Positions 26,051 through 38,609 of a DNA stretch of 64,000 nucleotides are shown one piece after another. Source of the stretch: Octopus vulgaris. Its lineage: Eukaryota. The translations under genes were made by a program, and so were the position numbers. The notes under the pieces are model-generated. The model saw only the letters and a program-made list of their open reading frames with translations. It did no database searches and was not told the DNA's origin. The stretch's first letter is position 1. Every line of letters starts with the position of its first letter. The stretch lies in the NCBI GenBank assembly GCA_951406725.2, contig OX597817.1, positions 123,690,001 to 123,754,000 on the forward strand, read 5' to 3'.

Positions 26051-26734
26051 AGTATGATAGAATTATAGAAAAGAAAAAAGAATTTAAAAAATAACCACAT
26101 TAACAAATAAAGCCAAGAAGAATGGTAACAATGATGCAACTTAAGGCAGTGAGCTGGCAGAAACGTTAGCATGCTGAGCAAAATGCCTAGTGGTATTTCA
26201 TCTGTCTTTATGTTCTGAGTTCAAATTCTGCCAAAGCTGACTTCGCCGTTCATCCTTTCGGGGTCGATAAATTAGGAACCAGTTGCATACTGGGGCCAAT
26301 CTAATCAACTGGCCCCCACTACCCAAAATTTTGGGGCCTTGTGCCTAGAGTAGAAAAGAATAATGATGCAATTTGATTAGAAGCCACATATATGCAAATG
26401 ACATAATACATCATGATATAACTTAGCTTTGGTGCACATAACAACCTGTAAAGGGAGCACATTGCATCCTATTGTTAAAGGCAAAAACACAACAAAAAGC
26501 AAGGGAAATAAAACTTACATTTTATTAGCAGTTATCTGATCAAACAAAACCTGAATTCTGTGCCAATCACCATTTTGTTTTAGCTAAAGGCTAGCATAAA
26601 TAGCTTCAGGTCTTAAGTATAGCTAAGCAGTGTAACTCCTGACATGATAAAGTTTGTTAAAACATTTTGTTGCCTGTTTCTCTCTTTCTCTCTCTCACTT
26701 TCTGCCTATCTATATATATGTGTGTGTGAGTGTA

Positions 26735-26819
<85 letters not shown>

Positions 26820-26823
26820 TATA

Positions 26824-26969
26824 GGCGAAGGAGCGGGTTACCAGCCATATGGTTCTGGGTTCAGTCCCACTGCGTGGCATCTTGGGCAAGTGTCTTCTAC
26901 TATAGCCTCGGGCTGACCAAAGCCTTATGAGTGGATTTGGTAGACACAAACTGAAAGAAGCCCATCGTA

Positions 26970-27002
<33 letters not shown>

Positions 27003-27176
27003 GCATATGTGTGTATATGTTTGTGTGTCTGTGTTTATCCCCCCAACATCGCTTGACAACTGTTGCTGGTGTGTTTACATCTCCGTAACTTAGTCCTGGG
27101 GTTGATTTTCTCGACTAAAAGGCAGTGCTCCAGCATGGCCACAGTCAAATGACTGAAACAATTAAAAGAGAGTAAA

Positions 27177-27178
<2 letters not shown>
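26824..27178 (+). mobile_element. SINE family A with internal deletions
   Basis: Matches family A body and tail. Confidence 0.85.
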
Positions 27179-27212
<34 letters not shown>

Positions 27213-27214
27213 TC

Positions 27215-29560
27215 TTGCGATTCCTTTTTTTTAGGGAGAAAATACCACAATCACATGTCAGACCCGACACAACACAAAATTTTAATGAACACACAAAAAA
27301 TATAGACCCAAAGATCATGGATTTGTCAAACAGAGACCTCAACAAGGATGAGATGAACCTCCTATTAAAAGGTTTCAAGTTTACCCCAACACCCACCCCT
27401 AATCTCATTGAACTGAAATCTGATATTGAACATTTTAACCTCCGCCTTCAACATAGAATTCTTAAGCAATAAGAATATAAATGATGAATCACTAGTCAGA
27501 AATGAATCCCATTTCCCCCTCTACAAGGGAAATGATAAATATTTAGAGGCATATATAGACACAATTTCAAAATTTCCCCTAAATACCCACAGATGCAAAC
27601 AAAACCTTTGTGAAGAAGAAGAAGAGGAAGCCTTACTAACATGGAAGAATGACAACTCAGTCATCCTAAAAGAAGCCGATAAAGGAAGAGTGATAGTAAT
27701 CATGGACAAGGACTACTATGAAAATAAAATATTGGAAATTTTAACAGACCAAACCTAATACAAGGAAGAACCAAGACGCCTAGAAAAAACAATAATGAAT
27801 AAAATCAGATGACTAATCAATGAATTCCAAGATTCCTTCACAGACAAGGAGAAAGAATATAAATTCAACTCTGTAATCAAAGGGAGCAATTTCTACAGAT
27901 TACCCAAAATCCACAGAGCTCCAAAATACAAAGTGCCATAAATAAGCAGAAGAACCAATACATAAAAATACTAAGGCCTGCTGACCTCAAACTAAGACCA
28001 ATAGTTGCTGGACCTCAAGCACCAACACAAAAACTAAGTCATGTTTTAGATGTACTCCTAAAACCTTTGTGCCTTTTAATACCCAGTTATATATTGGATG
28101 ACATAGATTTCATCCAGCACATCTTACCCACTGTTCAAGACGGTACTATACTTACATGTTTTGATGCCACCAGTCTTTTATACCAATATACCTCATGCTT
28201 TAGTCCTAGAAGCAGTCAATCACTAGGTAGAGAAACATACAGGATGGATGAATGAATACTTCAAGACTAACTTCATCACCAAGGCCTCAAGCCTGTGCTG
28301 GAAGAAAATACCTTTAGATCTGATAATAAAACATATTGACAAAAAAAGGGAATGGCTATGGGGACATGGTTTGCACCCTCATATGCAACCTTAGTCATGG
28401 GATACTTGGAAGAAAAACTTTATGAGGAATTAGAGAAAACTTTTGATCAAGAGTACAAGAAATATATCCATTAAAAAGTGGAAAAGTTTCCTGAATGATT
28501 GCTTCATCTTTTGGGACAGATAAAATGAGGACCTAAGTATATTTAACAAAATACTGAACACACTTCACCCATCAATCAAATTCCCAACAAAATCTAGTTG
28601 CAATGAATTATCATTGCTTGATATCCACATAAGCATATAGAACTATGCAGTCACAACATATATTTTACAAAAACACTGACACACACCAATATTTAAATTT
28701 TTACATCAAAAGGAACATCTCATACAGCATGGCAAGACACATCTGTGCTACAGTGACTGACCCCAACATGTGTGAAATATGACTCAACAAGCTCAAAGAC
28801 TTTCTCACAATGCAGAAATACCTCTTAGGACTAATTAATGAGGGAATTAAAAAGGTGATGAAACTGAGCATCACCCAACTACAGACACCCAAGGAAAAAA
28901 TTAATGAACACACGCTTCCATTTGTTCACACATACAGTCCTGGGTTAACCAACATCTTTCACACCATAAAATTGAACTTAGCTATACTCCTACAAAGCCC
29001 CAAAATGAAAAATCTGAATGAAAGAAATTCCTTACAGAATAGTAGATGCCAAATAAAAAATTTCCAAAAGACACCTTACAAGAGCAGAATTCACATCAGA
29101 GAATGAATCAGAATTCTTAGTAAAAGAATGTGGAGATTGATGTGGAATATACAATAACAACAACTTTAAATACTTAGAAAGTGGTTCCCACATAAAATTC
29201 AAGAGCAGATTCTCATTCAAAATAAAGGCAGATATAAACTGCAAGCTGCAGAATCTCATATACTGTATGACCTGTCCCAACTGCAAAGAAAATTACACTG
29301 GCAAAACAAATAATTCCCTTTGCCAACATGTAAGAATCCACAGGCAGCATCTCCGACAAGAGAAATTATGCAAGATTTCATTAAGTAAGTATCTGAAAAT
29401 ATGCAGTGATGAAAAATTCAAGATCTTTTCCTTTTAGAAATGTTCATGGGATAACCTGCAATACCAAGAAGCAATGGAGCTACACTGGCAATCATTAAGG
29501 AAACTTTTCCACTTCATCAAAAATTTCTCTCCAAAAGTGAATGTTTGAAAGAAAAGCAGA
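27215..29560 (+). pseudogene. Decayed Penelope-like retroelement ORF (RT plus C-terminal GIY-YIG)
   Basis: LLKGFKFTPTP, LKEADKGRVIVIMD, FYRLPKIH, LRPIVAG, FDATSL(Y)TNIPH, GMAMGT.FAPSYA.LVMGYLEE, NISYSMAR, NLIYCMTCPNCKENYTGKT. Many stops and frameshifts. Confidence 0.92.
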
Positions 29561-29734
29561 GAATTTGCATTTTTGATTCCAAATGTAGCTCCAATATTGG
29601 TAACATGATGCTCAACTCTATAAATATTCATGTATATAAATATAACATTGGGATATTCTAACTTTGTGCATTTTTCTAATTTGTAAATAACGTACTAATG
29701 ATTTTTCATGCGAAAACCTGACTCTATATATATG

Positions 29735-29740
<6 letters not shown>

Positions 29741-29768
<28 letters not shown>

Positions 29769-29885
29769 TGTATGTATGTATGTATGTATGTATGTATGTA
29801 TGTATGTATGTATGTATGTATGTATGTATGTATGTATGTGTGTATGTATGTATGTATGTATGTATGCATGTATGTATGTATGTGT
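29741..29885. repeat. (TATG)n microsatellite
   Basis: Direct reading. Confidence 0.98.
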
Positions 29886-29957
29886 GTGTGTATGTTATAA
29901 TTACCTAATTTCTATATGAGTGTGAGAGTGCATTTATACATAGAAACACACAAGCGT

Positions 29958-29990
<33 letters not shown>

Positions 29991-30015
29991 CATGTATGTA
30001 TGTATATTACGTATA

Positions 30016-30223
30016 AAGGGTTGGCCAAAAGTCACACATAAAATAAGTTCATGACACTCTAGAATTTGTCAAAGACACATCAATTTTACTAAAATTGAAA
30101 AAGTTAAATAAAATAATGATGAATACACACGTACTTGTAAATGATGATCCAAATAAACAATATTGATAACATAATATATCTAAAATGTCAAATATTTTGA
30201 TGCGTGTCTTTTGGCCCACCATG
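30016..30223. mobile_element. Tc1/mariner-type MITE
   Basis: 20-bp imperfect TIRs AAGGGTTGGCCAAAAGTCAC / GTGTCTTTTGGCCCACCATG, flanked by TA and TG. Confidence 0.7.
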
Positions 30224-31182
30224 TGTATGTGTATATGTGTATATATATATACATACATACATATAAATATATATATATATATATATCCTGCACATGCACA
30301 CACACACACACACACACAAGCTGCTACAACAATAGATCCACTCACTTTTATGGAAACTTTCACCTACTTCTCTTAGGAGTGACTGACCTGTGCACAACCT
30401 CTGTTGGCACAGAATATTTTCTTCACTTCAGTCTCTGAAGGGCTCATTTGAATATTTGTTACAACCACTGATATATATATATATATATGCGCATATTCAC
30501 ACATATATATATATGCGCATATTCACACACATACATGTATGTGTTTATACATTTATACGCTTATCTCTGCACTCACATATTCATGAATGCTGAAATTCTA
30601 CATCACCTAGTGACATTATATCAGCAAAACAATGATGGTATGTTTACATTCCCTGTAATTATTTGTCCTGATATACAGCACTCTGAAGATCAAATTCAAC
30701 CATGATCTACTTGCATATTAGATTAAATTTGTCAATGATTTTATCACCTCTGCTTTCCCTCTGGACTAAAAAAATTCTTTTAAATCAAGAAAAATCACAA
30801 CATCCTGCTGTTCAGGACTTTCAAAGAGCAATGTATTAAAAAGATATCAGGCAAGAATTGGTGAAAGGAAGAGAATCCAGTCACAAATATTCTTTTCTAC
30901 TCTAGGCACAAAGCTAAAATTTTGGGGGAAGGGGCCAATCGATTAAATCAAACCCAGTATGCAACTGGCACTTAATCTATAGACCCCGAAAGAATGAAAA
31001 GCAAAGTCGATTTCAGTGGAATTTGAACCTTAGAATGTAAAGACAGACGAAATACTGCTTAGCATTTCGCCCAGTGTGCTAATGTCTCTGCCAGCTTGCC
31101 ACCTTAATCCAGTCACAAATATTGCCTCAACCATGTCGTTGTCCAAAACATGCCAGCATGGAAAAACAGAAATAAAACAAAT

Positions 31183-31224
<42 letters not shown>

Positions 31225-31389
31225 TCAACGCAATATATAAATATGTATGTACATATACTCATACACTCACACAAAAACACACACACACACATCTTATCTA
31301 AACACCAACTGAGCAATATTTGTTTGTTCTGATAATTGAAACTAACCATTTACAAGTAAAATGTCCATCTTGGCTATATACTGTACTTT

Positions 31390-31572
31390 TCTGTTTGATG
31401 AATTTATTTTTAATTTTAGCTCCAACAAATCGATATCTTCTAGACTCTAACCTACCCAATTGTGATTGATGAATATATTTTCAATTTTAGACCAACAAAT
31501 CTATATCTACTTGGCTATATAATCTTTGCTGTCATTATCCAGGAATGTATTTTCAGTTTTAGCTCTACAGTA

Positions 31573-31635
<63 letters not shown>

Positions 31636-31778
31636 ATATATATATATATATATATATCCATCCATCCATCCATCCATCCATCTATCTATCTGTCTATTTA
31701 TCTATCTATCTATCTAACTTATTTATATATCTATCTATCTGTCTCTCTATCTGACTATCTATCTACCTATCTGTCTGC

Positions 31779-31826
<48 letters not shown>

Positions 31827-32300
31827 GTTTTGTATATACACTCACACACCTAACTTTCTAATTATACATACTCATTCACATACACACACACACACAAAAA
31901 CATTCACACACACACACACACTGAGAAACATTCACACTCACAGAAACATGCACGCGCGCACACACACGCGCATATCGTTTGAGTTATATAGCTTACCTAA
32001 TAGTGATTTATGGTTATATTTTCAAATGTAACTGATGAGCATATTTTCAATTTTAGACACACAATCTATATCTTCAATGCTTATAACCTACCAATTGGAA
32101 ATGATGAATATATTTTTAATTTTAGACCTCCATCTATGTTATCTAGAATATAGCATCCTGTTCTTTTGTACTTGATGAATACATTATCTTCAATTTTTAG
32201 ACCAACAAATCGATAATACTTAGGCTATAACTTTTGTTTTTTATTCATGAATTAATTTGGAATTTTAGATCAAAGTGTATATAACTTTGGGGCTATGCAG
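31390..32300. repeat. Degenerate ~70-bp minisatellite interrupted by microsatellites
   Basis: Recurrent GATGAATATATTTTCAATTTTAGACCAACAAATC core, about 7 copies. Confidence 0.7.
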
Positions 32301-33045
32301 TTTGCTCAACACTGCATTCGTTTTTAACAAATCTTGTACACTATAGCCTACTTATTTAATATTAAAGAATATCACCTTCGGTTTATGCCATCGAGGTCAT
32401 AATAAAGTTTTTATACTATTTTTAAGTTTGCAATACCTTTAGTTTTATGTATAGTAGAATAAATAATGATCAGTATAAAAATACATTATATTTTAGAATA
32501 GATTTATTCTTGAAATTGTTAATTTTCAACATGTCCCCCTTCATTATATATAGCAATTGTAAAGCAAATCTGAAGACCTAGAAATAGATTTTTCAACTGA
32601 CTTTCAGCTGTAACCATAATGATATTACTCAGCCTGCAAGTCATCAATTCAATGAGGCTTAGCTGACTAGATAAATAGTAGTTGTTATATGTCATGCAGA
32701 ATAAATGTAATGTAATTGTTGATTTACAAAAGATTAATGAATTTTATTATAAGTGTTTTTGACTGTAAAACATAGAAGAGATGGATCAGGCTTCTAAATA
32801 CTTTTACGGATTATTTCTTTCCTTTATAGAACTAAAGATTCAAACTTTAAAATTGCAGGTAAACATTACAAGTAGCAAAGTGTTTAAGAAGTTCATTTCT
32901 CAACCTCGTGATTATGGGTGGATCTCACTAAATGGAATATTCAGAAAATGTCTCCTAAAATAGGAGGCTGATCAATTCAATCCATTGTAGGGGGAATTAG
33001 TAGAGGAGGTTGGTAAATGCAAAATAGATGTAAAGAGTACTGTTG

Positions 33046-33099
<54 letters not shown>

Positions 33100-34560
33100 C
33101 CTCGTTCCAGTGGCATGTAAAAGTACCCACTACACTCTCGGAGTGGTTGGTGTTAGGATGGCATCCAGCTGGAGAAACTCTGCCAGATCAGATTGGAGCC
33201 TGGTGCAGCTATCTGGTCCGCCAGTCCTCAGTCAAATCGTCCAACCCATGCTAGCATGGAAAGCGGACATTAAATGATGATGATGATGATGATGATATAT
33301 ATACATATATATATATATATATTTGTATGTATATATAATCCACCGACTTCAGGTAAAACTTTAAACAAGTAAAATGTCAAACAAGTAAGATATCATACAT
33401 TGAATAAAGTGAATCCAATGTCATTGAATAAGTGGTATTTTAAAGAATAGCATTCAAATTTATTGGAAAAATTAGAATATGTGTATTGAACAGGAATGCA
33501 TGGAGCAGAGATCAAATGATTCTATTATTTAAAATCACATATCTAAAATACTTCATAGCTAATATTGGCATTGAGAATGTACAAGAACTGCAGAATGCTG
33601 TAACCTTCAGTTAGCATTAAGATAATCAGAACCAACCAGATATTTTGTCAGTTAAGTGAGGTAAAAGGGGAAAACCTTCAGGCAGCAGAAAGCCATAAAA
33701 CTGTCAGCAACCTTTAGTCTTATTCCATTCAGCTGAAGCAAAATTGTATTCAGTCATACTCCTAGACGTATACATATATGCACATATACACATATAAATA
33801 TATTCAAATTACATGTGTACAAACACACCCATATATAGATATATATCTATACCTATGGATATACACACAAATACACACCATACACTCTCTCACATGCACA
33901 TATATATGTACATATAAATATATACACATACGCACAGAGGTTTACACACACATATCATCATCATCATCATCATCATCGTTTAACGTCCGTTTTCCGCACT
34001 AGCACGGGTTGGACGGTTCGACCGGGGTCTGGGAAGCCAGGGGCTGCACCAGGCTCCAGTCTGATCTGGCAGAGTTTCTACAGCTGGATGCCCTTCCTAA
34101 TGCCAACCACTCCACGTATATATATATATGAATGTATACATATATATATACATACATGTGTACACACACACATATGCATACATATACAAGTATGCATATA
34201 CATACACATACAAATATATTCACTTGCATGCACCACATATATATTCACAATCATGTGCTCACACTCACATATTTACATACTCTCACAAAAATATGTAAAT
34301 ATATAAAATAATGATATACAAAGAAATCCTTGACAAAGGATAGAGGGGTTAAGAAGTTATACACTGAACTATCAAGTACTTAATTAGTTACAAAGTTTGC
34401 CAACAGATTTAATGAGTATACATTACAAGAAGTCTAATGACGCAATTTGACATATTGCTTAAATCATATTTCAGTGAGATGAATAAATTTAATTACGTTA
34501 CAAAGCATGGTTAAATAGAAGCTAAAAAGTTAAAGATAATTAGTAATTGTTTGTAGCATG

Positions 34561-35242
34561 TTAGATAACAGGTCTAAAGAATGAAAATCTGTTCTTAATG
34601 TTGCGTGAGCATTTCACCCTGAGTTCACTAGATTCTTTAAGGGTGTTACTTGAACATTTAAGTATTTCCCATAATTCAGTGCAGCAAAGCCCATACCTAT
34701 ATCTATTGTTTGAATGGGGTAATGCACATTTTATAATGCTCCATGTTATTTGGAAGCTATTTTTGTCTTTAATTACAAAATTCTTTTTTGAGTGATATAA
34801 CCTTAGCTTTATTACATTTATTAAATTTGCAAGTCATTGAACTGATGTAGGTAAATGTGGTTAGATTATTTCTTACATCACATCTATTAATAACATTTTT
34901 AGTGAGACATAAATAATTGAGAGGGCATAGAAGTTTATTGCTACAATTACATAATTCAGGAGATTTATGGATATCAGTACTATCAGTGTTATTTGAGGAT
35001 CACACAGAGTGATAATTATCATTAAACCCAATAGAATTATTCATATTATCCAGGGTTACTGAAGAGTCAATGGGGTTGTTATTAGTATTTGCACTTCGAT
35101 TGCTATGAGTTGCATAGTAATCATTTATATTAGAATCGTTTTGAATGTTATCAGGGTTGGTTTCATCATTATTAGGGTTAGAGTTTAAGTCATCATAGCC
35201 ATCACTAATGCATTTCTCAGATGATTCAGTACCTGTTTCCAT
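34561..35242 (-). pseudogene. Decayed GIY-YIG endonuclease frame with Asn-rich N-terminus and no RT
   Basis: ORF 35000-35242 continues in frame past one TGA into CNCSNKLLCPLNYLCLTKNVINRCDV...TYISSMTCKF. After a frameshift: IKDK...ITWSIIKCALPH...GLCCTE...SELRVKCSR, stop at 34561-34563. Confidence 0.75.
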
Positions 35243-35749
35243 TCATGTGCATTAACTACAGCATCAAAGCAGTTTAGCTTGTATTTCTAGCAATGTTTGT
35301 GTTTTTTAACACCCTAGTCACATTTATGACAATTATAATTCTCATTTTTGGTGAAACATTGCAACCAGCTGTTTATATTAATTTTATGTATATATGTTAC
35401 TGCATTACTGAATCATCTTCTAATATGGATATCGTAAAAGTATATACTAACAGAGAAGCAAGCCAAGGAAAGCCAAGATTGAGTGGGCTTAACTGATGAG
35501 GCAATGGAAATTGCTGAAATTGATGCCTGAATTAAGACTTCTCAATCAGCATTTTTCAGATGATTCAGTTCCCTAAATATATAGTGTATATGTTCTCATT
35601 CATGTGCATCAACTACAGCATTAGAGCATTTTACTCATATTTCTAGCAATGTGGGTGTTTCTTAATACTCCAGTCACATTTAGTGACAATTATAATTCTC
35701 TTTTTCGGTGAAATATTGTAACTTGCAGTTTATATTAATTTTATATATA
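35210..35749. repeat. Diverged direct repeats (35210-35392 and 35549-35749) flanking the hammerhead
   Basis: Both begin GCATTTYTCAGATGATTCAGT and end GTTTATATTAATTTTAT. Confidence 0.9.
35477..35547 (+). ncRNA. Type I hammerhead ribozyme fold (stem III and cleavage site decayed)
   Basis: Stem I GATTGAGTGGGCTTAA / TTAAGACTTCTCAATC, core CTGATGA (35493-35499), stem II GGCAAT-GGAA-ATTGCT, GAAA (35516-35519). Confidence 0.75.
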
Positions 35750-35764
35750 CATATACATACATAT

Positions 35765-36300
35765 AAGCAGGATAACAAAAGAAAAAACACTTGCAGACAA
35801 AGTTGACTCTAATGCAACCAATGTGCCAAAAGAATATTGGTGGGACTTAAAAAATTAAAACAGCTTCCATGTTTAAACACAACCATCCAGATATTTTTGT
35901 GTGGGACCACAATAAAAAGATATGGTCTGATTTGCAAATTGGCTGCCATCTGGACACCAATGTGATTAGAAAATTAGAAGAGAAAGAGGATATCTGTGAA
36001 CCATTGATAATAAGATTGCTAATCCAGTACTCGAGATATACTTTCAACTACATACTTATTATCATTGGAGCAACAGGATACATACCAACCCATCTGGAAT
36101 AAAGAATGGCTGAACTTGGGTTCTTGGGGACAGAATGCAAGTCTTTAATTCATACTCTACAAAAGATCACAGTATCTGGGACTATAAGAATATACAAATC
36201 CTTTAAGATTTAAAGTATTGTGAGCAAAACAAGATGTTTACTTTCACAACTTTGCTATAAAGCTAGAGGCCAGTCAAAATGAATTCCAAATTAAAAAGAG
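35765..36300 (+). mobile_element. REL-endonuclease LINE (R4/NeSL-like) 3' end
   Basis: EYWWDLKIKT...KHNHPDIFVWD...KLEEKED...IIIGATGYIP...LQKITVSGTIRI. Confidence 0.75.
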
Positions 36301-36346
36301 AATGAGAACAAAGAAACATTCATACACACAAGCATGCATGCATACA

Positions 36347-36552
36347 GCCGTCCAAGAATTTGGACCTGGAGATCTCCATTTCCAGCGAATTCAAGGGCCA
36401 CCTCCCAGTGGTGTCAGGCGTCAATGAAGAGTCCTCGACTACAACAAGACGACCAAAGTTTTTTTTTTCAAGGTCTGGGGTCTTTTGCCCCTAAGCCCTA
36501 GACCATCACCTAATCACCCTTACTCGTCTTGTTGCTTAACAACAACAACAAC
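36347..36552 (+). mobile_element. Unassigned retroposed insertion with (CAA)n tail
   Basis: 12-bp TSD TGCATGCATACA at 36335-36346 and 36553-36564. GC-richer than its flanks. Confidence 0.6.
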
Positions 36553-36879
36553 TGCATGCATACATACATACATACATCTTTGGTAGAAATTAATAGAACA
36601 AGTAATAGGGTTATTGAACAGACAGTTAGGGTCTTTTTACTGAAGTAAAACATGACAGGCAAACACACCATTACATTCTGACATAAGCTCTTAAGCGTAA
36701 AGAGGAAAAGAAGAAACAGCAACAAATAAAGAAAATGATTCTGAGCATGTGAACGCAAAGAGGGAAAGAATATATGTGCCATGGCAGATTGTGAGAAATG
36801 AGCAAAAGGATTTGTAGGATAGATGAAAAAATTACACAGAAAAGACAAAGAGGGGAGATGGAGTGAAGGAGAGAAACAG

Positions 36880-36928
<49 letters not shown>

Positions 36929-37184
36929 AAGAAGAATGAGAAGAAGAAGTTGGCAAAATCATGTAAACAAACTGTCAATTGAAAAATTTGTCTAGCTCTA
37001 TACTTAAAATATAAAAGCAAGCATTGGGAAAAATAGCCAAGAAACATAAGAAAAACAAATAAACACATATACATCCATATATTTATGTAAGTATATATAC
37101 ATACATTCATCTATCTATTATCTATCTATCTATCTGTCCATCCTGCACGTGTATGTGTATAAGAGAGTTTGTATGTGACTTGAG

Positions 37185-37722
37185 CATTGATTAACAATTC
37201 AAAGTGAATTACTCCTTTGCAATCCCACCAGATAGAGAAAAGAACCTTTTTCCTATGAAGTTCCCTTCTCGGTTGTGGTTGAGCTTTTTCCCTTTTACCA
37301 AACCACTGTTTACGATGTTTAACTTTTCAGTAGAAGATCCATTTTTCATCACCAATCACAATTCTATCCAAAAAGGGTAAAATGAGTTAACGCGAATGAA
37401 GAGAAGAGCAGATGTCAAGTCGGGATTTGCAGTTGTTTTCGGACAATTCATGAGCCACCCATTTTCCAAGTATAGGAACTTTTCCAAGTTGTTGAAGATG
37501 ACGATGAACAGTTGTATGGTTTGAACTAAGCTTTATTGCCAATTCTTCAACTGATAATGCAGGATTTTCTTCAAGTAATGTCTCAAGGAGCTTCTCATCA
37601 AACTCAACTGGACGTCCTGTTCGATCTTCATCTTCAAGGCTGAAATCTCCACTTCTGAATTTTGCAAACCATCTTCTGCAAATTCTTTCATTCAAGCATT
37701 CTTCCCCATAAACATATTTCAA
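37185..37722 (-). mobile_element. Mariner transposase fragment (second family)
   Basis: VYGEECL...RRWFAKFRSGDFSLEDEDRTGRP...WVAHELS...FLDRIVIGDEKWIFY...SIWWDCKGVIHFELL. Confidence 0.92.
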
Positions 37723-37906
37723 CTGATTACAGCATTTGTTAATTATACAGTGTGCTTGTGATTGTTTAAACTACATACATTTTGCTGTTCATATTCTAAG
37801 AATGATATGAAAAGAAGAGTAGTTATTGTTGTTGTTTAAGGACTACACATATACTGATCATCCTACTTTGTGTTACTGTATTCTTCTTTATTTTAAGTGT
37901 CTAGTG

Positions 37907-38609
37907 CTGTGACTCCCAAACATTTTTGGACTGCCACTCCCCTTGACTCTCAGGCCACATTCCTAGCACCCCCACCCCAACTATCACGAATATAGACCTC
38001 TTTCAGAAGCAAATTCAAAGCAACTGTATTTCACAAATAAAACTTAATCTGCACATGAGTGGCAGTGTGGTAAGTAGCTTGCTTACCAACCACATGGTTC
38101 AAGGTTCATTCCCACTGCATGACACCTTGGGTAAGTGTCCTCTTCTATAGCCTCAGGCCAACCAAAGCCTTGTGAGTGGATTTGGCAGATGGAAACTGAA
38201 AGAAGCCCATCATATATATATATATATATATTTGTATGTGTGTGTGTGTGTTTGTGTGTCTATGTTTGTCCCCTCAACATCGCTTGACAACCGATGCTGG
38301 TGTGTTTACGTCCCCATAACTTAGCGGTTCTGCAAAAGAGACCAATAGAATAAGTACTAGGCTTGCAAAGAATAAGTCCTGGGTCGATTTGCTCAACTAA
38401 AGGTGGTGCTCCAGCATGGCCACAGTCAAATGACTGAAACAAGTTATTTTGTTATTTTTACATGAATCGTTTTTACATGATTCACATTATTGCCTCATTT
38501 TTTACATGAATCGCTACCATATTATCGCCTCACTTTTCTTCAATGCACTCTTGGAACTTTCCACTGCCCCCCTGGGGGGGGGCAATACTGCCAACTTTGG
38601 AAACCACTG
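37907..38609. mobile_element. hAT (Charlie-like) MITE containing a nested SINE A (38051-38443)
   Basis: TIRs CTGTGACTCCCAAA / TTTGGAAACCACTG. 8-bp TSD GTCTAGTG (37899-37906) / GTCTAATG (38610-38617). Confidence 0.85.

Noticed and set aside
35000-35002. In-frame TGA as selenocysteine
   Set aside because: It lies in the low-complexity linker rather than at a conserved Cys, the frame has other lesions, and I identified no SECIS.
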